Below the pieces are notes generated by a model that did not search any database, had not been told where the DNA came from, and worked only from the letters and a program-made list of their open reading frames with translations. Positions 37,401 to 50,404 of a DNA stretch of 64,000 nt are shown one piece after another (position 1 is the first letter of the stretch; every line of letters begins with the position of its first letter). Position numbers and translations under genes: made by a program. This stretch comes from Cystobasidiomycetes sp. EMM_F5 (lineage: Eukaryota), in the NCBI GenBank assembly GCA_051047955.1, contig JBPGPT010000004.1:558001-622000 (forward strand), written 5' to 3'.

Positions 37401-39418
37401 GGCTTCCATAATACCCGAAGGAAGTAGAGATGCTGCTCGCTAGTCGACCGAGATAGTAGCTTGATCTACTGCGAGAGTGCCCAAGGTGTCCGCGATCTGT
37501 AGAGGCAGAAGTCCCCTCAACCGAGATGGCGGTTGCGACTGGCTCGCTGTGAAGTGGAGTAGATGAAGGTACAAACTTGCGATTGTGGCCTGAAGTACCG
37601 GCTGCGATAGAATGTGATTGACCATTATGCGTATCCTGATTTACTCCCGAGCTCTGGCTTCGTACAGAGGCAGGTATCGACGGCTGAACAGATTGCACAG
37701 CGGCTGCAATTACAGGCGCTATATCCTGTGAATTTAGCTTAAAGTGCTCAGGGACTGGCGGAGTCTCTGCAACAGAGTCCGGATTATTTCCAGCAGGCTT
37801 GAGATGCGCCGCCTGAGAAACAGCAGCTATCGATGCAGCATCGACAGAAATAGCGCGGCCTGCTTCGGTGACCAATCGATCTACGCGCGAGCTTCGCGAG
37901 CGTCCTGATTGTGTGCTATAGACAGATCCTATCGACTCATCGAACTTGTCCGGCGGAGAGACAGTCTCGGTCGGCCGGATCTCCGCAGACATACGAAAGG
38001 GGTCCAGCGCTAGAATGCCCGCTAAAACAGACTCTGACATGCCCAGACTTGCACGAGGATCCGATGTGCGCCTGCCTGACTGTTTTTCGGAGGTAGTCAC
38101 AGAAGCGACATCAGGTGGGGCAGGAGTCACTACCGTAGACTGCTGCCGTGAGCGGCGATTGCTTGCTGATGTACGTGAGGATGAGTGACTGGACCTTCGA
38201 GATCTGCGAGATGATTTGCTTCTCCTTCTATCGTCTTCTAACTGATTGCTGCCATTCTGAGCTGAAACGCCCGCGGAGTGAGCTTCTAATTGCGACGCAA
38301 GATCGCGTCTAGTGGTGAGCAGAGTCACCGTGCCAGATCGAACTTGATTCTCATCCTCGGTATCGGGGTATCCGATACCCCATTCGTCGATCTCGGTTTC
38401 CAGACTATGTTTGACAGCTGCTTTCGTTTCCACTGCCGGAGCCTTCTTGACGTCGTGAGGAGGCGGTTTCTGGGCATTCACTCCATGCTTGTGCAAGTGC
38501 CCAATCTCCGTCGTGCTGGATACTGGCTCTATGCCTAGTCCTTTGAGGAGACTCGTGAAACGACGGTCACGTTGATAAGCTTCGGATGCATCGTCTTCGG
38601 CTGTCTGGTAACTGCCAAGGTCTAAGTCTGGCAAGACGTACGAATATTCTTGAGTGACCGGAGATGACGCTGCGGATTTTGCTGCTTCTGACGGACGACT
38701 CGGTGAACTCGCGCTCCCTAATTTATGCGGTGAGATCCTTTTGAAGTACGATGACATCCTCGGTGACCTGGAGCCTTCTGTAAGTGAGGTGCCTGCTGTC
38801 GCGGTGAGTGTAGTTGAAGCGGAATGCGGCGCTATACAGACTTCTGTCTGCGTTTGCGATGCTGCAGCATACGATTGAACAGGTTCCAGCGGCTCGAGCA
38901 ATGTCGCCTTGCCTGTTCGCGCAAGAAAGGCTTCGAAGCGCGGATCTCTTTGCCTGCGCGGCGGCCGTACAGGGGGTACATCGGCGTTGGTAACTGGATT
39001 AGATGCATTTGTTGATCCTAGAGAAGACTTTGAGGCAGGGTGGTTCTGAGCTACGTGAAGTCCTACAGCGTGTAATACTGGTCTTGTAGCACGAGGCGGA
39101 CGTGCCGGGGGTGCAGTGACGGACTTCGAAGGAAGAGCTTGTTCTGAGCTGGCAGTGCGCTGAGTGCAGACGCCCTCGACGGAAGGCGATTTGGGCAAGT
39201 GATACTCCTTCAGCTTGTGAAGAATGGTTCAGCATGTAGACTGTGACACGGCACTGTGTATATTCTGTACTGACCTTTGCTCCATGCTTTCTGAGCCGTG
39301 AAGGAGCCGGTGAGGCATTCTGCCCGACATTGGGCGAAGTCGCGATACCATAAAGATCATCTCGAACACATCGAGTACCTTCGTAGAACTTTGTCGGCGG
39401 GCTGCGGGGTCGCTGCAT
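34492..39418 (-). CDS. Dbl-homology (RhoGEF) protein with a PH-like region and long disordered N-terminus
   Basis: DH motifs RRQEVIWELIQTEQAFVNGL and LSSFLLKPVQRLMKYSLFF; PH-like PIFVFIFSDLVVFA. The start is inferred from an upstream exon. Confidence 0.85.
35015..35166 (-). repeat. Coding 27-bp minisatellite (about 5 copies, xxSQPSFHS) in the RhoGEF C-terminus
   Basis: cagagtgaaaggaaggctgcgacgtga-like units; the protein reads ATSQPSFHSVTSQPSFHSATPQPSFHSAKSQPSFHSVTLQPSLYS. Confidence 0.9.
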
Positions 39419-39858
39419 CGTACAATCGCCTTGTCGAAACCGCACAGTCTAGAAATGTGTCTGCTGTGTATGCAGCTTCAGCGAGCGACTCGACTGTCGA
39501 TTTATCGTCAGCAGCAATCAAAACAATGTCAATGTCCGTCAGATCAGAAATGGCGCGGTCATATCCATGTTATTGTTGTTGTGGAGTGGGCGGGCAAGCA
39601 TGTTTTAAACAACCCGCCAGCTGACGAGGCGGGTGGAGACTCGCACGCAGCAACGCTGAGTACTTTGGCAACCTCGTGCTACATGATCATTGAAGTTGTA
39701 CAGACTTTGGTTCCTTGGCAGGTTGGTAGCTCTCGGAAACCGCGGCGATTTCAGTGGTCAATCTATTGAAGCGTTATATTACCTAGCGCTGCTGATGCTA
39801 GACGAAGTTTGACGTCTACATTATACTGAATGTGACTACGTATAATGAATTATCTTCA

Positions 39859-42278
39859 TTAGTTCCCCCATGCTCCCATGTCTCCCATCCCATCTCGAAA
39901 ATATCCTCGTTGAACGTCACCAAATGTCTTTCGCGGGGTAGAGGAGCAACACCAGCCATCGAGGATGCGCTGAATCTTGAATCGAAGGAAATTGACCAGT
40001 CCATCTGGGTCTACGGAAGATAATGCTTGTATCTCCGCCTTTTTGCCGAGATGGATGATTGCAGCCGCTTCTCGCCTGAGTCCATCATTAGTCATGCTTG
40101 CGAAGAAGCGTCACATCGCAGAATACTCACCTTATCTCAACCGGTAGAGTCTCACGGGCCATCAGACTATATGCCTTTCTGAAATCGCCAGCGGTGAGAT
40201 CGGATAGCTGGTCTGCATCAATTGCTGGGCTATATCAATAGGTTTAGCTTGTCCCAAGACATCAAAAGGTACCTAATCTCACTGCGACAAATCTTCAGTG
40301 CAAACTCCAATCAACTGTAGCGTGGGTATGATAAGGTCGTCATTGGCGTGTTCCATGGTTGCGGAACCGCAAGCATAGGTTTTGTAGATCTCGAGGCCAT
40401 GCGGGTCGCCATCTACGAGACACAATAATGGCACGCTGTAAAAGCTGATCAGCTTAAGTGATCATCTTCAACATGAAGAGCTGGCACGCACTTCTTTGGC
40501 AGTGATTCGGAGAGACGTCGCATAAGTTGCCGTGTTGCTACGTCTGGGTAACCTTTGCCAGTGATAACGAGTGATGAGCCCAATACCTGGTCGCGATGGA
40601 AGCCGCATCCGACGAGCGTGCTGAAGACCGCCTGCGCAATATATTCGTAAGCTAATCTCACGAATTTCAATGCTATACCTACTTCTTTTTCGACTACAAG
40701 GACGAAGCGTACATCCGGACCCACTTCGAGCGCGAGTGTCATCTCCGCTGCCGGGATAAGCTGGCCCTGTTTTTAACGAAAATCAGAAAAGGCTATGCAG
40801 TGATGTGCACGACTTTGGACGGACCTGGCCAGCAGAGCACTCTGTAGCGCTACCATCTCTATTGATCAGTCGCAACGGCCCGATGACAAGCCCTTTGGCA
40901 GCCGCGACCTGATCTTCAAGCGTTACAGAGAGCTACACCGACGAGGGACAGGCTCACGATCATCAACCTTGCCCGAGAGATATTTAGAGCCTGCGCCAAG
41001 TGATTCACGATCTGTCGGATGTGTTTATCAGTCATAGCTAGGCATTTTCTCTGTGACTTTTGACTGACAGTATTGACCGTCACTTGAGATTTGAACAATT
41101 CGGTGTCTCTATAGTAAATGTCTCGAAGCGTGACATAACGACCTGTTCGAATTGCAAAGATGATTTCTTCGATGATCTTCAGAAGGATTGCTAGGAAAGA
41201 GGTTCAACACGGTTCTGAAATCGGTTGATTATGACGTACCCATCCTTCTAGCGCAGCTTCCGCGGGCGTGCGGGAGCGCAAAGCGCCTGGTTGTGTGCTT
41301 TACGGGTTTCTCAGGCTCTTCACCATCATCGTTGGTCATGTTTGCTAGCGCACTGCAGCGAAATCAGCGCAGGCATGCGAAACGGCTTAACCTACACACC
41401 TCATTGAAGTAGTGAGGCGAAGTACAACTGGTTCGTAGGACGGTGTGGTCAACTTCTTCCGTCTTTTACTACCTGCTTTGCGAGTGGCGAAATTTCGTGA
41501 TTGCGATTGAGATTCGTCACCTGCAGAGTCATCGTCTTTGTCTGCTGCGGCTGTCGGAGGAAGAACGGAGGACGCCAACTGTAGCGCTAAGCCAATGCAC
41601 GCCCTCTGCAGAGCCAATATGATTGCATTTCTGCAGGAATGGCGGTATTAGTATCAATGTCCACCAAAAAATGTCAAACTTTAAGTTCGCTGACCCGTCT
41701 GCATTGGCTTCTACCGCATTGATGTCGCAGTTAGACAAAAAGTCATCAATATCTAGATCCATCTGCTCTTCAGACATTTCCTGATCTTCCGCTGAATGCG
41801 TTTGGTGCTGAAGTCCTTCATTTGTATTCGCTGATGAAGCTGGTTGACCGAGCTGCGAAGATTTGGTACTGAAGCCAAATTCGAACATGTCGTCGTCGTC
41901 GTCGAGGTCACTGACGTCTTCAGGCATAACGTCATCGCTTGGCGAACCAAAGGCAAAGTCGTCCATATCACAGCTCGTGTTTCCGCTATCTGACGCGTTG
42001 AAGGCGAACAAGCGATGTGCCGGCACATCGTCATACGCATCAGAGACTGTCCCTTGCATTGACCTGTCAGCGTCTTTGAGGTGGATACTCGCGAGGACAG
42101 GCGACAGATGAAGGCTATTCTTTATGGGAGAATAAAGTGAGAGGGAACGCGAAACTCTGTCCGGTGACGAAGGAGGAGTCTTGAAGAAACAGTCATCGAT
42201 ACTGATGCGCTCGGACCCTGTCATCGGCGCGACATCGTCCTGCTCATCTGAGGAGGACATCATCAGTCTATCGTCCAT
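39859..42278 (-). CDS. SPO11: Meiotic double-strand-break transesterase Spo11/Rec12
   Basis: Catalytic TLRDIYYRD, VAAAKGLV, TOPRIM VLVVEKEAVF, ITGKGYPDVATR, LVDGDPHGLEIY and KAEIQAL. Confidence 0.93.
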
Positions 42279-42485
42279 GGCAGCTCATCAGTCACATTAG
42301 TACGTTGGTCAGTAGGAAAGAAAGCGAAATTCGAGCAAAGGCAACTTCCACATTGTGCCATGATCGAGGGCCGTTAACGGTCAGCGCCACCGAGACAACC
42401 CAAGAAGAATGTACATGCAGGAGATGCTGATGCGTTGATGCTAAGTAACACGTGTGAATAGATCGAATGGAGGCTTGTGCCGGTG

Positions 42486-43765
42486 TCACAGTCTTGCCTG
42501 ATGTAATTTACCCAAGTTGCGCTCGCTGTCACGCACACCTTTCTGCCATTCTTCGAGAGAGGCTTCCGCAAATGAGGTAAACGAGAACCCTGGCTTTGCA
42601 ATGTCTGCGCCCAACCGAAGCGCATCTAGTACGGCGTAGGTCCCGCCCTCGCCAGCCACAATGGGCATGGCATGTGCTGCATCACCCAGCAATGCTATTC
42701 TTGACGGTAAAGAGTGCAGAGATGCTGAAGGCAGCGATAGCGACCGCATCAGCCATGTGTATAACTTGTCTTTACGAGCGCTGTCTGGGTTCAGGAGTTC
42801 ATCGAGCGGGGACGCCAAAGGACCGCATTCGGCAAGTTCTGCGAAGAACTCTTCCGGTATGCTCTTTGCGTCTTCCAGAGCACGACCAGGATTGTGTAAA
42901 GGATCGCCGTCTCTCGCAGGTCGGTTGTATGTCCAGCTAATTGTAGCATGTTGCGGGGTCACGTCGTTCAGAGCTATGCTAAGCCCAGCATCCTTTACGT
43001 TGGAAGACACAGATGTACTCTGCGCGAAGAACGCGCTGTGTACCGAACGATATTGGTCGAGCTTGACGCGGTGCGATCCGTTTATTGCAACGGTAGGCAG
43101 GATAGTCGGCTTGACTTCCGGCAGGTATTGTTTGCGTACTGATAGTAACCCAGAAGCTTAAATCCATGCATATTACTTCATATCGCTCATCCACTCAACT
43201 CACCCGTCGAATGTACGCCATCGGCTCCGATGAGCCAAGATCCTTTAAGTCTTTGCCCGTTTGCGAAATGAGCTATCACGCTATCCTTTCCGCTTTCAAC
43301 ACTGGTCAGCTTGTGATCCCAGCGGATATCAAGCGATTCTGCGAGCAAGCTTCGCAGTCGACGTTTGTTGAAGCGTATCAAGGGTTTCGCAGCCGGATCT
43401 TGCTTATCACTATGAAAGCTTCCGTTGCGCGAATCAAAGCGCAGGTCAGGTATGACCCGTCCAGTCCCTCCAATCTCGCAGTCGACAGCGGTATTGCGGG
43501 AGAAAGTATCGACATCCTGTCCAACGAGCTTCGCCAGAGGCTCATACGCACGAGCTTGCAAAACGAGACCGTGAGCAGGAGCTTGGGTATCCGCGCCCTT
43601 CTCTACGATGACGGCGGGTATATTGGCAGCTCGGAGGACCCTTCCGACTGAGAGAATCGGATCTCATTAGTATTCGCGGATGTACCCTACTGCGTCACAG
43701 ACGGCCTCACGCGTCAAGCCAGCAAGGCCAGCGCCAGCAATGATGACCGGCATATCTTGTGACAT
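42486..43765 (-). CDS. FAD-dependent monooxygenase (aromatic hydroxylase family)
   Basis: VIIAGAGLAGL, LIGADGVHS and IALLGDAAHAMPIVAGEGGTYAVLDA fingerprints. Confidence 0.88.
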
Positions 43766-43923
43766 ATGAACGATGTTTCGCTATTGCGAAAGCATGTATC
43801 AGTCTTGACAAGTGGTGTCGGATCAAGATGATGGAAACGGGTCGGACAGCTAACTATGACAACATGACGAGAGCCCAGATTCACTTCAAGTAGAAAGCTT
43901 CACGCTGTACGTCACTCAATAAG

Positions 43924-45899
43924 CTACCACTCCCACACTTGCGCTACCCAAGCCGCCAGGTCCGGATGCCACGTCTCCGACTTCTTCATCCAGTTGTGCT
44001 GTAAGAGTTGATGCGGGCCGGGCCGCTTCAACGGATCTTTCTCCAAGCTGAATATGGTGCAGAGTCAGTCTCTCTTAAAATACCAAGCAAGACAGCTGCT
44101 GGGGCCTACCATTGCATGACGAAGTCTTGGATCGCCCTAGTCCACTTGATACCGACTAACGGATCGTCTTGCAATTTAGGCGTGTCCATCGACACAATAT
44201 ACGTGAGGAGTTCGATCGGGCCCAAAGGCGGCTCGCCCTCTGGTGGAAAGGGAAAGCGATTCATGGCTACTTCGTGAATGGTCAAACCTAGGGACCATAT
44301 CTGTTTGCAAACGCATTCAGCTCGGTCGGTATGCGCCTGTACGATGCCATCTTACATCTGCCGTAATGTTGTATCGCGCCCCTCGTATTCTTTCCGGCTA
44401 TAAACAGGCTCATCAGCTGCGTATCCTGACAAGCCTGCTACTCCAAGACGCACAGCCATATAATAGCTCGTTCCGCAGAATGTACCCGCCATGCTATTGA
44501 TGAGCTCGCCGGAGATTCCAAAATCGCACAACTTGAAGACGCCGTTCCGTGTTACCAGAATATTTGATGGTTTGATATCTATAAATGTGGTTCAGGACAA
44601 GGCTGCACAATAGTCTGGCCGTGACCGACATACCTCGATGTATAATTTTCAAGTTGTGTAGATAGCAGAGGCCGTGTAATACCTAGAGAAGCGCAATTCA
44701 GTCTATGTCCATCAGCTTACTTGTCGAGCAGAAGCCTACAGATTCGGCCATTTTGCCCAAGACTTTTTCTCCTGTCCGCCCTTTCCGCTCCTTTATACGC
44801 TTGTATATTACATCCAGACTGCCGCCCTCACAATACTCCATGCAAATGGCAATTTCGTCCTGAAAAGCCATTCTGTAATTTTAGTGGATTCGTAGTTACC
44901 CGCTATAAAGTATGACATACGTCCTCCAAGAAGGCACCAAAGTAGCGCACTATAAAGTCTGCGCGCGTTTCACGATTGAAAGCCAGCTCTCGCAGGATCT
45001 GCTTGCGAACATCTTCATCCGATGATGCTGGAATGGTCTGCGGGTAGCCGAGACACAAGTTTATGGATTGCATTGGATATAACTGCCAATGAGGAGCGTA
45101 CCTTCTTCGCCATGATAATATTGCTTGGCTTGTGGAGTACTTTGCGCACCTCACCGCTCGCTCCCTCGCCCAATCTGCCGAGATCTTTCAGGCTGTCCGA
45201 CGACAGCTTGTACTCTTGATCGTTGACGATCGCACTACTTGTCTCTGCAATCAGTGCACCCTCATAGCTTGTCGACCGCGTCATGCTGCTTGATATTGAC
45301 GACGAGGACGATGAGGATGAGATTGCAAAGAGATCCAACTGCGGACTGGCTCGAGGTTTCTGTATGCTTAGCGAAGGCGTTTGCCTTACTTGCGGAGCGG
45401 GAGAGGCTGTCCTTGACGGAGTCGCGCTGAGTGCCAACTTTGGCCGGCCATTGCTCGCTACATGCGCGACATGCGGAATAGGCGCTGGCATAGGCGGGAC
45501 GGGCGACGGTATGAGACCAGGACGCAGTGTCTTATCGTCGAGCGAGAGGTTCTCAAAGCCAGCTGCTACGGAAAGCGAATTATGGCCATTACCAGCTTCG
45601 CTTCGGCTGGCGACATTCAGTGACGGTAGAGACAGTTTGGGCGGACGAAGCGGAGGCTGAGCTGACGAGGACGACGCTGACGACCCATTGATGGCCTGCG
45701 AGCTGGTGTCTGGCTCCTGCGATACTACCGGCAAGCTCGGGGCTGGACCACCCGGACCTGCGCTCTCTGTCGACGTAGCATCGTCTGAGCTGCTCGAAGA
45801 CTTTGGCGTTCCCGACGTGCTGCGTTGCGGTATCTCTAGCCGTGGTGATGGTATGCCTGGCTTGCGGGGCCGCTGTGCTGGCGGAATGAGCGCAGACAT
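43924..45899 (-). CDS. MKK1: MAP kinase kinase of the cell-wall-integrity pathway (Mkk1/Pek1-like)
   Basis: [58 protein letters not shown]; ends WVAQVWEW. Confidence 0.9.
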
Positions 45900-46159
45900 G
45901 TTGGTCGCAGAAAGATCATGCTATGGTGAGCTTCTTCTCTTGGCTTCACGACAACCTCGAGCGAGCGGCTTGCAAGTTCTAATCCAAGACTAATACGCTG
46001 ACACACGATTCTACTAAACGCGCTTTGAGCTGATACTGACGCGCAATGCGGAGACTGACGGGTTCGGCGAGGGAGACACGAGCCCACACAACGCCGCATT
46101 ATTCTGTGTTGATAATCGATCTCGCAACTGTAGCGAAGCAGGCAGGAGATAGCCGTATC

Positions 46160-46836
46160 TCAGAACCAGGCATGCGGATTTGCGGTGCTGTCCTTGATCT
46201 CCTGCATTCCGTCCCTGGATGCAGACAAGAACAATGAGGATATGACACTGTACTCCAACTCCAAATGCAACTCACCAATGCTCAGTGATACAGGAACCCT
46301 GTGTGCGGAAAACATCAAAGACAGTCATTTTGGGCGACCCCAGGAAAACTGCTCGAGAGTGGATCGTCGTGAACTCCGGTGCGACTATGACTTGTGCGAT
46401 CTGGTAGTAGTAGGAGAAATTTTAGCCTCAGCAGGGTCGCAGTACGTATTCTCCGCACCTCGACCTGGGTTGTGGAGTTCACAAGCAGTGCCGTCAAGCC
46501 AGTGATGGCCACGTCTCGCCCGTCTCCGAGCGTTGGATTATGCTGAATGTACTCCGCAGCGGCATACCGTTTCAATGCCTTTTCGGGATTCTTTGCAGTA
46601 TAGAGCAGGTATATAAAGTCTGACATTGCGACTTGCAGCTGGTCGAGGGTCAGGTTCTTACGCGTCGTATCTGGACAAGTGAAGGTGGTTCCGGTGACGG
46701 ATGGCTTGATCTGCGTGACATCCTGGCCTGCAGTGATGTCGAGCGGAAGATCCGTCGGATAAGGAGTAGAACCTGCCAAGATAGGTAGAGCCAGGAACCC
46801 GCTGACAAGCGTTAAAAATGACCCTACTTGCATCAT
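46160..46836 (-). CDS. Secreted SnoaL/NTF2-like fold protein, copy A
   Basis: Signal peptide; EYIQHNPTLGDGRD; spliced FDVFRTQGSCITEHWDGMQEI...NPHAWF. Confidence 0.85.
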
Positions 46837-47414
46837 TACTGTATAGAGAAAAGGTTGGCAAATTCCAAGCAGAGAGCGCGGGGGAATTGACTGGGATGGA
46901 AGTGGCTGAGCGTGCAAGTATGATTTCAGAAGCTAATGACAAGCGTTATGACTGTGTCAGTCCCATAATTTGTATCTGATGCTTCTCCTTAGTGGTCATT
47001 CAACCGGCTTCCTGACGCGGCTTCCTTTGTTTGAGGAATGATGCTGTGCTGATTAGTACTGAGACACCTTTGTCCGGGGCAACCCTACAACGTATCCCCT
47101 TCTCTGCGTGGCCTTGTCACCAGTCAGCTGCTGACACACACAGGCGGCCATTGTTTCTTCCAGGGTCATAAGCGGGTAAAAAATATGTCGGAGCGGCCTA
47201 GCGCCTCTAATGACTGAATGCGAAGCCACAACATATCGCTCAGCTGGCGCGACTGACGCTTACCCAGCAGCGCAACGTCCTCAAAGCAAGCCCTGCAGCA
47301 GGCACGTCGAAGACACCATCAGCTAGCAACAAAGTGGGGGTATCACAATGTTTGGACTGCAGCAAAACAACAAAGCCAGGCTACCCGGGCTGCAAAAATA
47401 TGCTGAAGCGACAA

Positions 47415-48167
47415 TTAAAACCATGGATGAGGGTTGGCTGTGCTTGGTTGGATTTGCTGCATTCCATCCCTGCGAGACCAGAACCGCAAGGAAGCAGGCT
47501 TCGAAATTAGCGGAAATTCTCGGCTTACTGACTTTCAAGCACTCACCAATGTTCAAGAATGCAAGATCCTTGTGTACGAAACACATCGAAGAGGGTCATT
47601 GGAGGACCCCCCGCAAAGATGGCTCGAGTATGAATGGTCGTGTACTCTGGTCCGACCATGACACGTGCAATCTTTGGAAATGTTTATTAGCTGATCTGGC
47701 TTCAAGCAAGTATTTTGTGTTGGTGCACAGCCTACCTGGAACGAGGTTGTAGGATCGTTAAACAATCCCGTCAAGCCATTGATGGCCGCTGTGCGACCGT
47801 CTCCGATCGAAGGATTATGCTGACCATACTCTAATGCTGCATAGCGCTTGAGAGCCTTGCCAGGATCCTTGAGCGTGTAGAATATGTATGCAAAATCGTT
47901 CATCGCAACTTGTAGCTGATCGATGGTGAGCGCCTGGCGGGTGTTTGAGGGGCACGAATATGTGACACCGGTGATGGAGGGAGGAATCTGTACGACGTTC
48001 TGGTTTGGACTGATGTCGAGAGGGAGACCAGGTGGATAGGGAGCGGGAGGACCTGGTGCGCAACTGACGGCATCTCCGCCAGGTTTATCGTCGTCACCTC
48101 CCTTGGCGATGACTGCAGGGATGGCTAGTAGTGCAGTGACAGCGTCCAGGATGGCCGATAGCAGCAT
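47415..48167 (-). CDS. Secreted SnoaL/NTF2-like fold protein, copy B
   Basis: Signal peptide; EYGQHNPSIGDGR; spliced FDVFRTQGSCILEHWDGMQQI...NPHPWF. Intron positions match copy A. Confidence 0.85.
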
Positions 48168-48837
48168 ATTGGGCAAAGGATCTAGGGGTGAAAGGAGTGT
48201 GGGTCAGGACGACGGTAAGAGATGGAAGTACGGGAGCAAGGCCTGTTTTCGGAATGACACGACTATGGCACTGAGCACCGGTACATAACGGCGCATCGGT
48301 CAGCCCGGTCAGCGATGAGCACAAGAAGCCAAGAAGGTGATGTCGGGAAGCAGGCGGAGGTCTTCGAATTCGCAGAGCCTCGAGTGCATGTGCCTCTTCT
48401 CGGCCATACTGTATTCACTTTCGTTAGCCGGCATTTTAACAATATCGGTCGCCTCTCGTTCTCCATTTATTGTTCAATGGCTATTCATGGCCAACGTGTG
48501 CTCGCTGTCGTGGTACAAGATTGTCCCACTCTACGCGTGTCTTAGTCAGCATACCAGCCGCGTCCATCCGGGCACAGGAACGGCGAATTATCTCCTTGTC
48601 GACGGGGGTGGCGTGGTATGAAAAGCCAGCTGGGTTGTCGGGGAATGCAGAGTCGAAAATGAGCATGTTGAATATTTGCAATTACTGCTCTGCTCTCACC
48701 AACACGCTGTACAGTCTGAGTCTTATTGCATTTCATCCCGCTCCCTCTGCATTCCTGTCGTTCTCTCTCCAGTCACGCTCAGTTCTCGCTGGCAGGATCA
48801 TCAGTCTTTTCCCAGTCGTCTTTTCAACAAATCCATC

Positions 48838-50087
48838 ATGAACCACATCTCCCTACTCGTCTCTATCCTTCTTGCGTTGTCCCACTCTGCCTCCGCTGGC
48901 CGGAGCGGTCCAAGCAGACTAGGTGACAGCCAACCAGACGACAGCTTCAAGGTACTTGCGAAAAAGCAACTGCCGTCTTCATCCCCTCTGGACGGCCTAC
49001 CAGCCGCTGTCAAGTTCATTCTTCCAGCAGGATACGTAGTACCAGAGAAGAACCGCACAAAGAGCGGAAGTGGAGTAAAGTACTATGGCCATCGCTACAA
49101 GCACAAGCATAACCAAACGCGTACCTCAACCATGTCATCGGTGCTAGGTATGTGGCTTGAAATCAGGATCCTGCTCAATCCAGCTCCCTAACGCTGCAGA
49201 CATCTTCTTCCAGCGTCAAATTCCGCGCTATACAGTCTGACACCAGAGACGGTCACCCCAGGATTGGCAGCTACATCATCCTCCCCTATGCCAGTCGCCG
49301 CTTCACCTACATCTACGCCTGTCGATCAAGTGCCAGTTTCTACCGCTTCTTCTGCAGCTAGCAGCCCCGCCTCGTCATTTAATCAGGCCGCTCCAGCAGC
49401 CAATGTGCCTGCAACATTGTCTAGCCCTTCTATGAGCCCATCCTTCTCCTCTAGCTCGCCATCAGCCTCGACTACGCCCGCATCGTCGTCCTCATCTAGT
49501 GGAGGAAATGGTGCCATCTCGGACATTCTTGCTGCACATAACACTGCACGAGCTTCTCATGGCGCCAACCCACTCGTCTGGTCTGATGAGTTGACTGCTC
49601 TTGCCAAAACTTGGGCAGAAGCGTGTGTATGGTCAGCTTGCAATCCATTCTCCTTATTGATACAAGTGCATTGCTGATATGATTACACAGGGAACACGGC
49701 GGAGCGAACGGAGCTGGCCAGAATCTGGCTGCGGCTGGAGCAAGTGGGGGAAGTGCGTCTCAGACTGGACAGCAGGTCGTGGCTGGCTGGATGTCGGAGG
49801 AGAAGGACTATTCATCCACCAATCCACAAGCATCGCATTTTACGCAGGTAGTATGGAAGGCGAGCACGCAGCTGGGATGCTATCAAGCTCGATGCAGTAC
49901 TTTTGTTGATGGTACCGGTAAACCAGTATGGTCGGCAAACCTCCTCCCAGCGGCATTCACTGTCTGTAACTACAAGACTGCCGTGAGCTGCTTGTTTGTC
50001 ATCGATGCAAGCTGGTGCTGACTGAATCGCCGCCATCAGGGTAACGTGGGAGGTCAATATGCAGCCAACGTACAGAAAGCAACATAA
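48838..50087 (+). CDS. Secreted CAP/SCP/PR-1 (Pry1-like) protein
   Basis: Signal peptide, Ser/Pro linker, then ILAAHNTARASHGA.PLVWS, GQNLA, W..E, HFTQVVWK.STQLGC and VCNY...GNV. Confidence 0.92.
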
Positions 50088-50404
50088 CGGATAGGCAGAG
50101 CATGCACGATATCGGCTGAAATGGTCTGACCAGGTGTCAACCCACATTCATTTCAAAACAAGCCTAGATGGCATCAATCTTTCACGAACTTCACACCTTG
50201 ACGGCCCACTTGATTAAAATATCATTTTCACGTACCTCCCTGTATACATCTGCTCTTCTCGTCGTGTACGTCGCGCTGTCGACCAAGTTTACAAAAGGCA
50301 TCGGTAGCGTGAGATCATCAAGGTCGTTTGCTGTACAACTCGATTATGCGTTGCAGTCGTTACACATACATTGCGCGTGCAGAACGCGCTTTTGAATTTT
50401 GACT

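Noticed and set aside
26814..45899. Possible mating-type locus (signalling genes plus SPO11)
   Set aside because: No pheromone, STE3 receptor, homeodomain, STE20 or STE12 gene is seen in the window.
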